A stretch of 64,000 nt of DNA from Paenalcaligenes sp. (GCA_052103955.1 JBQELO010000009.1:24364-88363), one strand, 5' to 3'. Counted from the stretch's first letter, positions 38,159 through 48,518 are shown. Program-made: numbers and translations. Notes: a model not told the origin generated them from the letters alone.

Positions 38159-39084
38159 TAAACTTTTTCCACTTCTGGTTTACCAAGCAGGCCTGTAGGA
38201 CGGAAAAGTAGAATCAGCACAAGCAAGCTGAATGCCACAATGTCCTTGTACTGCGATGAGATATAAGCAGCCGCAAAGGTTTCTGCTAGCCCTAGCAGAA
38301 CACCCCCCAGCATCGCGCCAGGAATGCTACCAATACCGCCCAGTACCGCTGCAGTGAACGCCTTAATACCCGCGATAAAGCCAATGTATGGGTTCAGCTT
38401 ACCAATGGCCAATGCAATTAATACGCCACCAACGGCAGCCAACATTGCACCGATAACAAAGGTAAATGAAATCACTTTATTGGTATCAATACCCAGCAGG
38501 TTTGCCATGCGCAAGTCTTGTGAACATGCACGTGAGGCGCGCCCCATACGGGAATACTTGATGTAGAAGCTTAGCGCCACCATCAGTACTACAGTCACGA
38601 CAATAATCAATATGCGCGAATACGCCGCCGTAACGGTGAAATCTTCGCCCATAGGGATTTGTACTGCACCCGTTACCAGTGCAGGTACAGCCATATCGCG
38701 TGCACCTTGGCCCAAGGCTACCCAGTTCTGCAAGAAGATAGACATACCAATTGCAGAAATTAAAGGCACCAAACGTGGACTACCTCGTAATGGCGCGTAC
38801 GCCACTTTTTCTACGGCAAACCCGTATGCAGCCGTAATGGCTACAGCCACCAAGATCATGATTAACACGATCAATAAAACCGGTAGCCCGGAGTTCATAC
38901 CAATAATAGATAACGTTACCAACCCTGCATAAGCACCGATCATATAGATCTCGCCATGAGCAAAGTTGATCATTCCGATGATGCCATAAACCATGGTATA
39001 GCCAATGGCAATCAACGCATAAATAGCACCCAGCGACAGCCCGTTAAACAGCTGCTGAATTAATTGTGGTAATAAATCAGACAT
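38158..39084 (-). CDS. livH: branched-chain amino acid ABC transporter permease
   Basis: LivH-type N-terminus ([31 protein letters not shown]). Confidence 0.9.
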   Translation of the reverse strand: MSDLLPQLIQQLFNGLSLGAIYALIAIGYTMVYGIIGMINFAHGEIYMIGAYAGLVTLSIIGMNSGLPVLLIVLIMILVAVAITAAYGFAVEKVAYAPLRGSPRLVPLISAIGMSIFLQNWVALGQGARDMAVPALVTGAVQIPMGEDFTVTAAYSRILIIVVTVVLMVALSFYIKYSRMGRASRACSQDLRMANLLGIDTNKVISFTFVIGAMLAAVGGVLIALAIGKLNPYIGFIAGIKAFTAAVLGGIGSIPGAMLGGVLLGLAETFAAAYISSQYKDIVAFSLLVLILLFRPTGLLGKPEVEKV

Positions 39085-39147
39085 TGAATTTGGGATTCCG
39101 AATAAAGCTTTGGCAGGGATTGTAACCCGTAGCTAGATGCTTATTCT

Positions 39148-39177
39148 GTCTGGCGTCAGTAATTTAATGACGCCAGA
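39148..39177 (-). other. intercistronic 11-bp hairpin between the binding-protein gene and livH
   Basis: GTCTGGCGTCA pairs with TGACGCCAGAC. The loop is 8 nt. Confidence 0.6.
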
Positions 39178-39189
39178 CCTAATTAAAGC

Positions 39190-40305
39190 TTACTTGACCT
39201 CAGAGAAACCGTTCTCTTTGTCCCATTTGTAGACCGAAAACTCGAAATGTTTAAGGTCGCCCTTATCATCGTAAGACACATTACCTATAGCTGTGTCGAA
39301 GCTATTGCCATGCATGTGATCTGCGCCTTTGCTGGCATCGTCACCCACTGCACCCAAGGTATCAGCAATGATTTGAACCGCTGCATAGGCTGGGAACGTA
39401 AAGGCACCATCGGGGCTGCGGCCATAGGTTTTAAAGTTTTCCATGACGCCTTTGTTGCTGTCCATTTTGGTGAAATCAGCCGGTAACGTAACCAGTAAGC
39501 CCTCTACTGCATCACCGCCAATCGCCACCAAGTCTTGGTTAGCCACACCCTCAGGCCCCATGAACTGGGTCGTTACGCCCTGCTCACGTGCTTGACGCAA
39601 CAACAAACCCAATTCGGCGTGATAACCACCGAAGTAAATCAGATCAGGGTTGATGCTGCGCAATTTAGTGATCACTGCCGAGTAATCGGTATCGCCTACG
39701 TTGATACCTTCATAAAACACAATATTGGCACCGCCTTTGGTTAAGGCATCACGCACTTGGTTTGCCACACCAGAACCGTAGGTTTGTTTGTCATGCAAAA
39801 TGGCGATGCTAGCGGGTTTTAGTTGCTCCAGAATATAGGTAGCGGCAAAAGGCCCTTGCTGGTCATCCCTACCTATGGTGCGGAAGAAGTAATGCGGTTT
39901 GATGGTATCCGTTACCGCTGGTGAGGTTGCCCCAGGGGTAATGGCCACAATTCCTTCTTGCTCATAAATATTCACGGCAGGTACTGCAGTGCCTGAACAT
40001 GCGTGGGCCACAGCAAAGTTAGCACCGGCTGTCATCACTCGGTTGGCCGATGCAACGGCTTGCTTAGGTTCGCAAGCATCATCAATCAGCACCGCCTCTA
40101 GCTTACGATTGTTCACACCGCCCTTAGCGTTGATGGCATCAATAGCGGTTAGCGCTCCGGCTTGAATCTGGTCGCCGTACTGTGTGGAAGGCCCTGTCAT
40201 GGGTTGAACAATACCAATTTTGATGGTTTCTTCTGCCGCATAAGCAGCCCCAAAACCAGACCCCATCGCCACAGCCAGACTAATACCCAAAACTTTTAAT
40301 TTCAT
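39190..40305 (-). CDS. LivK/LivJ-type periplasmic amino-acid-binding protein
   Basis: Start trimmed to MKLKVLGISLAVAMG (signal peptide). Contains TIKIGIVQPMTGPSTQYGD and a family I binding-protein pattern. Confidence 0.85.
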   Translation of the reverse strand: MKLKVLGISLAVAMGSGFGAAYAAEETIKIGIVQPMTGPSTQYGDQIQAGALTAIDAINAKGGVNNRKLEAVLIDDACEPKQAVASANRVMTAGANFAVAHACSGTAVPAVNIYEQEGIVAITPGATSPAVTDTIKPHYFFRTIGRDDQQGPFAATYILEQLKPASIAILHDKQTYGSGVANQVRDALTKGGANIVFYEGINVGDTDYSAVITKLRSINPDLIYFGGYHAELGLLLRQAREQGVTTQFMGPEGVANQDLVAIGGDAVEGLLVTLPADFTKMDSNKGVMENFKTYGRSPDGAFTFPAYAAVQIIADTLGAVGDDASKGADHMHGNSFDTAIGNVSYDDKGDLKHFEFSVYKWDKENGFSEVK

Positions 40306-40463
40306 TGCTACCACCCCAAAAAGAGCCGAGCTTTCAGATAATGCCTTTGATTGCCACGGACATGTTTGTAGAAATAAAGTGAACAAAGTTCATGTATTGT
40401 CTATTTGTGCCCATGTGCTGTCACTACGTAAAAGCCCTAGCGGAAGCTGAAATTTTCGTTTTT

Positions 40464-41024
40464 TTACTTATCCTTTGGTCTAGCTAGATTCCACATCAAT
40501 GCTCTAAAGGGTGCCAACATAAAAGTGTTCAACAGAATTTTGATGGTGAAATCACCCAGCATTAAGGTTTGCCATGGCATATCGGTGCCCACAAAGGCAA
40601 TGCAGAAGAAAATGAAAGTATCTACCGCGGCACCTGCTATTCCCCCTACAAATGGGGCTGTCCACCATTTGCCGTGTCGCAACCTATCGAACACGTAAAT
40701 ATCAGCCAACTGCGCAATCAGAAACGCCAACCCAGAGGCCACAGCGATCCTAGGCGTTGCCAACCACGCCGACACCACCAAGGCAGCCACAAACCCCCAC
40801 AATGCCACCTTGCGTGCTGTAACGGGCCCAAAGCGCCTATTCAGAAGGTCCGATACCAGAAAAGAAACGGGGTATGTTAAAGCGCCCCATGTTAACCACG
40901 GGTTTATGGGGTACTGCACCAATACATTAGAGGCCACCACGATGATTATCATCGCCGCGATGGCCACCACATAATGTATAGGCCGGACCGCATCAAGACG
41001 GCCCGTATCACCTACTGCTTTCAT
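40464..41024 (-). CDS. yhhQ: queuosine-precursor transporter family protein (YhhQ/DUF165)
   Basis: Multi-TM protein with YPVSFLVSDLLNRRFG and ADIYVFDRLR patterns typical of YhhQ. It overlaps proC by 4 nt. Confidence 0.7.
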   Translation of the reverse strand: MKAVGDTGRLDAVRPIHYVVAIAAMIIIVVASNVLVQYPINPWLTWGALTYPVSFLVSDLLNRRFGPVTARKVALWGFVAALVVSAWLATPRIAVASGLAFLIAQLADIYVFDRLRHGKWWTAPFVGGIAGAAVDTFIFFCIAFVGTDMPWQTLMLGDFTIKILLNTFMLAPFRALMWNLARPKDK

Positions 41025-41857
41025 GCAAATTCCACAGACAACTCAGCCGCACGGCGTTTTGCTGCCGCCATCGCACTTTTTACGGTTTTCTCGAAGTTTT
41101 CAGAAAATAAAACATCTAACGCTGCGGCTGTAGTCCCACCTTGCGATGTCACACGCTTACGCAGTGTTTCAGGCGTTTCAGGCGATAAAGCCGCCAACTG
41201 CGTAGCGCCATTCAACGTAGCCAACGCAAGCTTACGCGATTGCTCTGGAGTTAAACCTAATTCGGTACCACCGGCAATTAAGGCTTCCAAGAACAAGAAC
41301 ACATACGCTGGACCACTGCCAGACAAGGCGGTTACGGCATCTAACTGATCATCGCTTTCCACCCATACCACTTCACCCACGGTACCCAGTAGCTGATTAG
41401 CGATGTTTTTATCGCGCTCAGGCACTGCAGGTAGCGCCAGCAAGCCCGTTGCGCCACAACCAATAAAGGCGGGTGTATTAGGCATACAGCGAATCACACG
41501 GTCATAGGGCGTATCATCACCCAACCAACGCGCAATATCTGTGGCTGCAATACCTGCAGCCACACTAATAATTAATGTGTCTGGCTGCAGGAATGGTTTG
41601 CACTGTTGCACTACCTCTTTCATCACTTGCGGTTTTACAGCAAAAACCCACACACGATGGTGACGTAATTGTTCTTCGGCCTGTGGGCGTGTTAATGCCC
41701 CTTGCTCAGCCCATTTATCACGCAGTTCTGCATTAGGTTCTACTACCAATACGTCTGATGCTGCGCACCGTTTACCGATCAAGCCTGCCGACAATGCAGA
41801 AGCCATATTGCCCCCGCCAATAAATGCCAGCGTCATTTGGTAAGCCTCGTTCACCAT
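41021..41857 (-). CDS. proC: pyrroline-5-carboxylate reductase
   Basis: FIGGGNMA dinucleotide motif and a SQGGTT C-terminal signature. Confidence 0.9.
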   Translation of the reverse strand: MVNEAYQMTLAFIGGGNMASALSAGLIGKRCAASDVLVVEPNAELRDKWAEQGALTRPQAEEQLRHHRVWVFAVKPQVMKEVVQQCKPFLQPDTLIISVAAGIAATDIARWLGDDTPYDRVIRCMPNTPAFIGCGATGLLALPAVPERDKNIANQLLGTVGEVVWVESDDQLDAVTALSGSGPAYVFLFLEALIAGGTELGLTPEQSRKLALATLNGATQLAALSPETPETLRKRVTSQGGTTAAALDVLFSENFEKTVKSAMAAAKRRAAELSVEFA

Positions 41858-41940
41858 CTATTTCTACTCCTAGAGTTTCTATTTTTATTGCGACGCTCAT
41901 AGACGTGCACTTCACACTGTAGCAGAGCCTACGCACACAT

Positions 41941-41971
41941 AAAAGAAGGCGGCTAAAAGCCGCCCTCTTTT
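41941..41971 (-). terminator. rho-independent terminator of the second binding-protein gene
   Basis: GGCGGC-TAAAA-GCCGCC with T-runs on both strands. Confidence 0.75.
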
Positions 41972-41990
41972 CGTAAACTGCTATACGGAA

Positions 41991-43115
41991 TTACTTGCCG
42001 TACAGTGTTTTGGAACCGTCTTTGTGCCAAACGTATACGTCGAATTTAAACTCGTTCAAGTCGCCTTGCTCGTTCCAAGAGATCATACCAATAGGTGTTT
42101 TCACTTCGTTAGCGTGCAAGTATTCAGCTACTTTTACGGGATCATCTACGCCTGCACCGGCAATACCATCAGCAATCGCCTTAGTAGCAGAGTAAGACGT
42201 CATTTGGAAAGCACCCGCTGCATCGCGACCTTTAGCCTGGAAAGCCTTAACGATTTCAGCGTTTTCAGCATCTTGAGTAAAGTCAGCTGGCAATGTCAGC
42301 AACATACCTTCTACAGCATCGCCAGCAATCGCGTTAATGTCTGGGTTACCCGAACCTTCTGGACCCATCATGGTCACGTTCAGACCTTGCTCTGCACCTT
42401 GGCGCAGCAACAAGCCCATTTCTGGGTGGTAGCCACCGTAGTAAATGAAGTCAGTACCTGTGGATTTCAGTTTAGTGATGACAGCAGAGTAATCGGTATC
42501 ACCAGCATTAATACCCTCAAACATCACAATTTCGTAACCAGCATCTTTCAAACCATCGCGTACTGCCGTAGCAATACCTTGGCCGTAAGATTGTTTGTCG
42601 TGCAACACAGCCACTTTAGTAGGCTTGATGTTAGCAGCGATAAATGCAGCTGCCGCAGGGCCTTGCTGGTCATCTCTGCCAATAGTACGGAAGATGCTGT
42701 CGTAACCTTTGCCATCGGTAACAGCAGGTGCTGTTGCTGATGGGCTAACCATCACAATACCTTCGCTGTTGTAGATGTCGGTTGCAGCGATCGTTGCGCC
42801 TGAACATACGTGACCAACCACGTAGTTAATGCCATCGTTGATCACACGGTTAGCCACTACAGGGCCTTGTTTAGGTTCACAGCCATCATCAATGACCACT
42901 AGCTCCAACTGTTTACCCAATACACCACCGCCTGCATTGATTTGTTCGATAGCGGTATACACCCCTTCACGAACCATATCACCGTACTGTGTCACGGGGC
43001 CGGTAGTTGGGCCTGCCACAGCAATTTTGATGGTATCAGCCTGTGCAGCAGTAGCCATCATCAAGCCAGTAGCCAAAGCCAGTGCGCCAGCAATAGGGGT
43101 AAAACGAATTTTCAT
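41991..43115 (-). CDS. LivK/LivJ-type periplasmic amino-acid-binding protein (paralogue)
   Basis: Start trimmed to MKIRFTPIAGALALATGLMMATAAQA. It is co-linear with the 39190-40305 product (TIKIAVAGPTTGPVTQYGD, DDGCEPKQ). Confidence 0.85.
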   Translation of the reverse strand: MKIRFTPIAGALALATGLMMATAAQADTIKIAVAGPTTGPVTQYGDMVREGVYTAIEQINAGGGVLGKQLELVVIDDGCEPKQGPVVANRVINDGINYVVGHVCSGATIAATDIYNSEGIVMVSPSATAPAVTDGKGYDSIFRTIGRDDQQGPAAAAFIAANIKPTKVAVLHDKQSYGQGIATAVRDGLKDAGYEIVMFEGINAGDTDYSAVITKLKSTGTDFIYYGGYHPEMGLLLRQGAEQGLNVTMMGPEGSGNPDINAIAGDAVEGMLLTLPADFTQDAENAEIVKAFQAKGRDAAGAFQMTSYSATKAIADGIAGAGVDDPVKVAEYLHANEVKTPIGMISWNEQGDLNEFKFDVYVWHKDGSKTLYGK

Positions 43116-43139
43116 AAATGTGATCTCCTGATAAATGAC

Positions 43140-43173
43140 ATGACTGCCTGTTCCACCCGACACAGGCAGTCAT
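43140..43173 (-). terminator. 12-bp perfect hairpin downstream of dps
   Basis: ATGACTGCCTGT (43140-43151) pairs with ACAGGCAGTCAT (43162-43173). The U-tract is weak. Confidence 0.55.
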
Positions 43174-43218
43174 CCACATACGTAAAAGCTCAATACCTTG
43201 AACTTTTATTCATAGTAT

Positions 43219-43812
43219 TTATTGTAAGAGGCTGCGCAGCATCCACGCATTTTTCTCGTGCACATCCAAACGCTGTGTCAGCAGATCAGCGGTAGGCTGA
43301 TCGTCTGCCGCATCGGCACAATCAAATGCTTGTCTAGCCGTGCGAGACAATGCCTCGTTAGCAGACAATAACATAGCAATCATTTGCTGTGCATCTGGCA
43401 CACCTTTAGGCTCTTGAATAGAGCTTAGTGCGGCAAACTGCGCATAGGTACCTGGCGCATAATGGCCCAATGCACGCATACGCTCAGCAATCGCATCCAG
43501 CGCTTGCCACGTTTCGGTGTATTGCCCCATGAACATGTCATGCAACGTATTAAACATTGGGCCTGTGACGTTCCAATGGAAATTGTGCGTCATCAGGTAC
43601 ACCGTGTAGGAATCAGCCAATACCTTAGATAGCTCTTGGGCAATACGTGCGCGATCAACATCACTAATACCGATGTTTACCGCCAAAATGCCTGGCGTTG
43701 CCTTGACTGTTTTTGGTGCTACTGTTTTAGGGGCTACCGTTTTTGGGGTAGCCTTTTTAGTTGCAACTTTTTTGCTTGCCACTTTTTTCACAGCTTTTAC
43801 CGCTTTAGCCAT
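43219..43812 (-). CDS. dps: Dps-family DNA-protecting ferritin-like protein with Lys-rich repeat N-terminal tail
   Basis: Dps core (LADSYTVYLMTHNFHWNVTGPMFNTLHDMF, WQALDAIAERMRALG) preceded by MAKAVKAVKKVASKKVATKKATPKTVAPKTVAPKTVKATPG. Confidence 0.85.
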   Translation of the reverse strand: MAKAVKAVKKVASKKVATKKATPKTVAPKTVAPKTVKATPGILAVNIGISDVDRARIAQELSKVLADSYTVYLMTHNFHWNVTGPMFNTLHDMFMGQYTETWQALDAIAERMRALGHYAPGTYAQFAALSSIQEPKGVPDAQQMIAMLLSANEALSRTARQAFDCADAADDQPTADLLTQRLDVHEKNAWMLRSLLQ

Positions 43813-43874
43813 ACATCGCTCCTTGAGGTTGGACTAAATAAAACCTACGAACCTAGTATTTCACGTTAAATAGT

Positions 43875-44840
43875 TTACTGTAATCCATCAAGATTACTGT
43901 AAATAACGCTGTTATCTAACAAAAAATTAACATTTTCCAATCCACAATTCATGATGGCCTTGGTTAATGCATTAATCGCCTCAATACGGGGAAAGCTTTT
44001 ACGCCAGATTAACGCAACGCGTCTATCTGGCGCAGGTTTAGTAAACGGTATATAACGCAGTAACGACCCTTCCTGACCAGGCGCAGCTAACGAGCTGGAC
44101 GGCAACACCGTCACACCAATGCCGGTAGCGACCATGTGTCTAATAGTTTCCAACGAAGAACCCTCAAACGTACGTTGAATGCCTTCGCTACTGGCCGAGA
44201 ATCTTGAAAGCTCGGGGCATACGCCTAACACCTGATCTCTAAAGCAATGGCCTGCCCCTAAGAGCAGCATGGTTTCACTTTTTAATGCTTCAGGGTCTAT
44301 GGCATCGCGGTCAGCCCACGCATGGGTGCTAGGTACAGCCACCACAAAAGGCTCATCGTATAGCTCACGCACCGTAAAACCCGAGTCAGGAATGGGCAAG
44401 GCCACAATCGCGCAATCCACTTCACCCTGTTTCAGCAACTCAATTAATTTCACTGTGAAATTTTCTTGCAGCAACAAAGGCATTTGCGGTGTTTGGCGTA
44501 TTTGCTCTGGAACCAACTTAGGGAGCAAATACGGTGCTACGGTATAAATAATACCTACCCGTAATGGCCCCGCTAATGGGTCATTACCTTGGCGGGCAAT
44601 TTCCTGTACTTTGGCACCCTCTTCCAGTACGCGCTGTGCTTGTTCGATAATACGTAATCCAATTGGTGTGATCCCTATTTCTTGACCACCACGCTCGAAG
44701 ATCACTACGCCCAGTTCTTCTTCTAACTTTTTGATCGCTACCGACAAGGTAGGTTGGCTCACAAAACAAGCTTCTGCCGCCCGGCCAAAGTGGCGTTCTC
44801 GCGCAACCGCCACGATGTATTTCAACTCAGTCAGTGTCAT
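43875..44840 (-). CDS. oxyR: hydrogen-peroxide-sensing LysR-type regulator OxyR
   Basis: LKYIVAVARERHFGRAAEACFVSQPTLS wHTH, the redox Cys region GAGHCFRDQVLGVC, and a position upstream of dps. Confidence 0.8.
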   Translation of the reverse strand: MTLTELKYIVAVARERHFGRAAEACFVSQPTLSVAIKKLEEELGVVIFERGGQEIGITPIGLRIIEQAQRVLEEGAKVQEIARQGNDPLAGPLRVGIIYTVAPYLLPKLVPEQIRQTPQMPLLLQENFTVKLIELLKQGEVDCAIVALPIPDSGFTVRELYDEPFVVAVPSTHAWADRDAIDPEALKSETMLLLGAGHCFRDQVLGVCPELSRFSASSEGIQRTFEGSSLETIRHMVATGIGVTVLPSSSLAAPGQEGSLLRYIPFTKPAPDRRVALIWRKSFPRIEAINALTKAIMNCGLENVNFLLDNSVIYSNLDGLQ

Positions 44841-44874
44841 GTTCAGCCCTTAGTTTGCGTACGATACTGTTATA

Positions 44875-46953
44875 TCAGGTACGCAGAAATTCTTCACGTC
44901 CTTTAAGCCAGCGCTGTACATGCGCATGGGCATGTTCTGGATACTGCTCGCGCAGCAGGACAGCACACTCTTGTGCTTGTTCAATCATATACTCATCACT
45001 ATCTAAACTGGCAAAACGCAGCAATGCTTGCCCAGATTGCCGCACGCCCAAGAATTCTCCCGGGCCGCGTAATGCCAGATCACGCCTAGCAATATCAAAA
45101 CCATCCGTGGTTTCATACATGGCTTTTAATCGTTCGCGCGCAATCGCCGATAAGGGTTGCGAATACAGCAACACACACACGGCTTGATGCGCACCACGAC
45201 CTACTCGACCACGCAACTGGTGCAGTTGTGCCAACCCAAAGCGTTCAGCATGTTCTATCACCATTAAATTGGCATTAGGCACATCTACGCCTACCTCAAT
45301 AACAGTAGTCGCCACCAGCACCTGCACCTCGCCTGATCTAAACGCCTCCATAATCTGCGCTTTTTCTTGGGTAGGTAGTTTGCCATGCAATAACCCCACC
45401 CTTACACCCGACAACTGCTCAGCCAAGTGGTGATACGTATCTACGGCCGTTTGTAATTGCAATGCCTCGCTTTCTTCTACCAAGGGGCATACCCAATACA
45501 CCTGCCTACCCTCTTGTATCTGCGCATAAATATGCGCGATGACTTCCTCACGCCTATGTTCAGATAACAGTTTGGTAATCACCGGTGTACGGCCTGCGGG
45601 CAGTTCATCAATCACCGACACGTCCAAATCGGCTAAGAAGCTCATGGCTAATGTACGTGGTATAGGGGTGGCACTCATGTTTAACTGGTGCGGAATGGTG
45701 CGTTTTTGCTTTTCACCCTGCTCGCCTTTACGGCTAAGACTCAACCGCTGCCCCACGCCAAAACGGTGCTGTTCATCGAGGATCACCAAGCCCAGCTTGT
45801 GAAACTCTACCCCATCTTGAATAAGCGCCTGTGTGCCTACCACAAGGGCGCAATTCCCATTATGTACACCTTCCAATACCGGCGCACGTTGCTTAGCAGT
45901 TTGGCTACCACTTAACCACCCAACCGTAATCCCCAAGGGTTCAAACCACAGCGTCATTTTTTGATAGTGCTGCTCGGCTAAGAGCTCGGTAGGAGCCATC
46001 AAAGCCACTTGGTATCCACTGTCTATAGCTTGTGCAGCAGCCATCGCTGCCACTACGGTTTTACCACTGCCCACATCGCCTTGCAGTAATCGGTGCATGG
46101 GGTGCGACAAGGTCAAATCATCTGCAATTTCAGCCACCACGCGTTCTTGTGCTGCGGTCAGTTTGAACCCCAACCGCTTACGCAACTGTTGCTCTAACTC
46201 GCCCTGCTTCTGCACTAATGGCCATGACTTTTGTTTGCGACGAGCAGCTCTGGCCGCAGCTAAGCTCAATTGCTGTGCCAATAGTTCGTCAAATTTAATA
46301 CGCTGCCATGCCGGGTGCGTCTTCTGCATCAATGCTTCTGCATCCACATTCCGTGGAGGATGATGCAGTAATTTCAGCGACTCGGCAAAATTCGGTAATT
46401 CAAATTGCTCGCGTAATACCTCTGGCAAAGTGTCTTGCAAAGGCAAACGCTCTAACGCTTCGTTGATACGATTCTGTATTTGTTGCTGGCGCAAACCATC
46501 ACTTGCCGGATACACCGGCGTTAACGTATCGGACAAACCTTGATCTGGCTTTGTCACCTTAGGGTGCACCAACTCTAAGCCATGAAAACCACGCCGCACC
46601 TCACCACGCACGCGTACTCGTTGACCTTCTGCCAACTGTTTTAACTGCGAGGGATAAAAGTGCAACCATCGCAGCGTAATTCTGCCACTTTGGTCTTGCA
46701 AGATAACTTGTAATTGTTTTCTGGGCCGTTGGGTGATGATTTGCTCAACCACCTCACCCTCAAATTGCTGTGGCAAGCCTGCTCTGGCATCACCTATAGC
46801 ATGAACGGCTGTTTCATCTTCGTAGCGTAACGGTAGATGTACGACGAAGTCGGCATCAGTTTCTAGGCCTAATTGGCTGAATTTTCGTGCCAGAGTGTTT
46901 GCCGCGGCATCTGCGCGGCCCTTGGTGGGCCGTTTTGATGATGCAGATGCCAT
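44875..46953 (-). CDS. recG: ATP-dependent DNA helicase RecG
   Basis: Wedge domain plus helicase motifs (GDVGSGKT, DEQHRFG, LHQLRGRVGRG). Length is 692 aa. Confidence 0.95.
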   Translation of the reverse strand: MASASSKRPTKGRADAAANTLARKFSQLGLETDADFVVHLPLRYEDETAVHAIGDARAGLPQQFEGEVVEQIITQRPRKQLQVILQDQSGRITLRWLHFYPSQLKQLAEGQRVRVRGEVRRGFHGLELVHPKVTKPDQGLSDTLTPVYPASDGLRQQQIQNRINEALERLPLQDTLPEVLREQFELPNFAESLKLLHHPPRNVDAEALMQKTHPAWQRIKFDELLAQQLSLAAARAARRKQKSWPLVQKQGELEQQLRKRLGFKLTAAQERVVAEIADDLTLSHPMHRLLQGDVGSGKTVVAAMAAAQAIDSGYQVALMAPTELLAEQHYQKMTLWFEPLGITVGWLSGSQTAKQRAPVLEGVHNGNCALVVGTQALIQDGVEFHKLGLVILDEQHRFGVGQRLSLSRKGEQGEKQKRTIPHQLNMSATPIPRTLAMSFLADLDVSVIDELPAGRTPVITKLLSEHRREEVIAHIYAQIQEGRQVYWVCPLVEESEALQLQTAVDTYHHLAEQLSGVRVGLLHGKLPTQEKAQIMEAFRSGEVQVLVATTVIEVGVDVPNANLMVIEHAERFGLAQLHQLRGRVGRGAHQAVCVLLYSQPLSAIARERLKAMYETTDGFDIARRDLALRGPGEFLGVRQSGQALLRFASLDSDEYMIEQAQECAVLLREQYPEHAHAHVQRWLKGREEFLRT

Positions 46954-46958
46954 AGCGA

Positions 46959-47345
46959 TTAGAGAACCAGAATGGCCTCTACTTCGACCTGAGCGCCTTT
47001 AGGCAGACTGGCTACGCCCAACGTAGAGCGCGCAGGGAAAGGCTGAGGAATAACGTCAGCCATAATGGCATTCACGGTTGCAAACTTGCTTAAATCTGTC
47101 AGGTACAGAGTCAGTTTGGCAATATTTTCCAGAGTTCCACCCGCTTCGGTAATAACCGCTTCCATATTGGCAAAACATTGACGAGCTTGCGCTTCGAAAT
47201 TGTCTGACACCAACTCACCGGTTGTTGGGCTCAAACCAATCTGGCCGGACAGATAAACAGTTTTACTGCCTTGCACCGCAACTGCTTGGGAATAAGGGCC
47301 TACCGCTGCAGGAGCAGCACTTGTCTGGATAATATCTTTAATCAT
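46959..47345 (-). CDS. ridA: RidA/YjgF-family enamine/imine deaminase
   Basis: Start trimmed to MIKDIIQT. Contains GPYSQAV and ARSTLGVASLPKGAQVEVEAI. Confidence 0.85.
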   Translation of the reverse strand: MIKDIIQTSAAPAAVGPYSQAVAVQGSKTVYLSGQIGLSPTTGELVSDNFEAQARQCFANMEAVITEAGGTLENIAKLTLYLTDLSKFATVNAIMADVIPQPFPARSTLGVASLPKGAQVEVEAILVL

Positions 47346-47431
47346 GGGAACGTTATATAAATGCCGAAAACCGCACCATTCTAATCGTGCCGCAAAAGGC
47401 TGCACAAGCCTTTTGCGACGAAGACGATGTA

Positions 47432-48208
47432 TTACTTTTCTACAAACGCTCGTTCAATCACGTAATCACCGGGCTGACCTACGCCGGGCGATACTTTGAA
47501 ACCACGTGAATTAAGCATGTTGCTTAGGTCTTCCAGCATAGCAGGGCTGCCACACAGCATGACTCTATCGTGCTCTGGATCCAAAGCGTCTATACCCAAA
47601 TCAGCGAAGATTTTGCCAGACTCAATAACCGAGGTAATACGACCCTCATTGCGGTAGGGTTCACGTGTAACGGTTGGGTAGTACAGCAGTTTGTCGCGCA
47701 CCAATTCGCCGAAGAACTCGTTGTCGGGCAATTCTTTTTCAATAAAGTCAGCGTACGCTAACTCACTAACAAAGCGTACCCCATGCACCAGAATCACTTT
47801 TTCAAAGCGTTCGTAAGTTTCAGGGTCTTTAATAATGCTCATGAAAGGAGCTAGACCTGTACCTGTACCCAACAAGTACAAGTTGCGGCCATCACGCAAA
47901 TCATCAACCACCAGCGTACCCACGGGTTTGCGGCTAACCAGAACGGAATCACCCACTTTCAAATGCTGCAAGCGCGAAGTCAATGGACCATCTGGCACTT
48001 TAATGCTCAGAAACTCCAGATTTTCCTCATAGTTTGCACTTGCGATACTGTAAGCACGCATCAGTGGCTTACCTTCTACTTCCAAACCAATCATGACAAA
48101 GTGTCCGTTGGTAAAGCGTAGTGCCTGGTCGCGCGTCGTAGTGAATGAAAAAAGCGTGTCATTCCAATGATGCACGCTTAGGACTTTTTCAGTATTAAAA
48201 GCAGCCAT
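47432..48208 (-). CDS. fpr: ferredoxin-NADP+ reductase
   Basis: RAYSIAS FAD motif, GTGLAPF NADP motif, and a C-terminal ERAFVEK. Confidence 0.9.
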   Translation of the reverse strand: MAAFNTEKVLSVHHWNDTLFSFTTTRDQALRFTNGHFVMIGLEVEGKPLMRAYSIASANYEENLEFLSIKVPDGPLTSRLQHLKVGDSVLVSRKPVGTLVVDDLRDGRNLYLLGTGTGLAPFMSIIKDPETYERFEKVILVHGVRFVSELAYADFIEKELPDNEFFGELVRDKLLYYPTVTREPYRNEGRITSVIESGKIFADLGIDALDPEHDRVMLCGSPAMLEDLSNMLNSRGFKVSPGVGQPGDYVIERAFVEK

Positions 48209-48499
48209 GTATCAGTTTCAGTGTATGTAAGGAATCTGCCAGCCTAAGCAGGACAGGAAAAGGGTATTTACGGCACCAGTTTAGCGCGTTTTATAGTGTA
48301 AATCCTGATATCCTTATGCAAAACTGGGTTTACTTATCATCTCTTATATAAGCTTATCTCTCACTGATCTGTATCAAGACGATGACATTTGTCCTTCAAA
48401 ATATGTCCAGTTCATCAAGTTTTCGTCAATTCTGTAAGCCTCCGTCTCTACACTATTGTTAGGCAGCTCGTAGTCTGCTAAGGTGCTCTCGCGACTATC

Positions 48500-48518
48500 A
48501 ATAATGATTGTCATTCTG
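48500..48518. promoter_or_regulatory. candidate Fur box upstream of the iron ABC transporter
   Basis: AATAATGATTGTCATTCTG matches 14 of 19 positions of GATAATGATAATCATTATC. It lies 32 nt upstream of the ATG at 48550. Confidence 0.55.

Noticed and set aside
42024-42740. 238-aa plus-strand ORF
   Set aside because: It is antisense to the well-supported LivK-type binding-protein gene. The sequence is low-complexity and Cys/Ser/His-rich, with no RBS context.
43690-43760. Imperfect 15-bp tandem repeats as a noncoding VNTR or mini-array
   Set aside because: They are in frame within the dps N-terminus and encode the PKTVA repeats.
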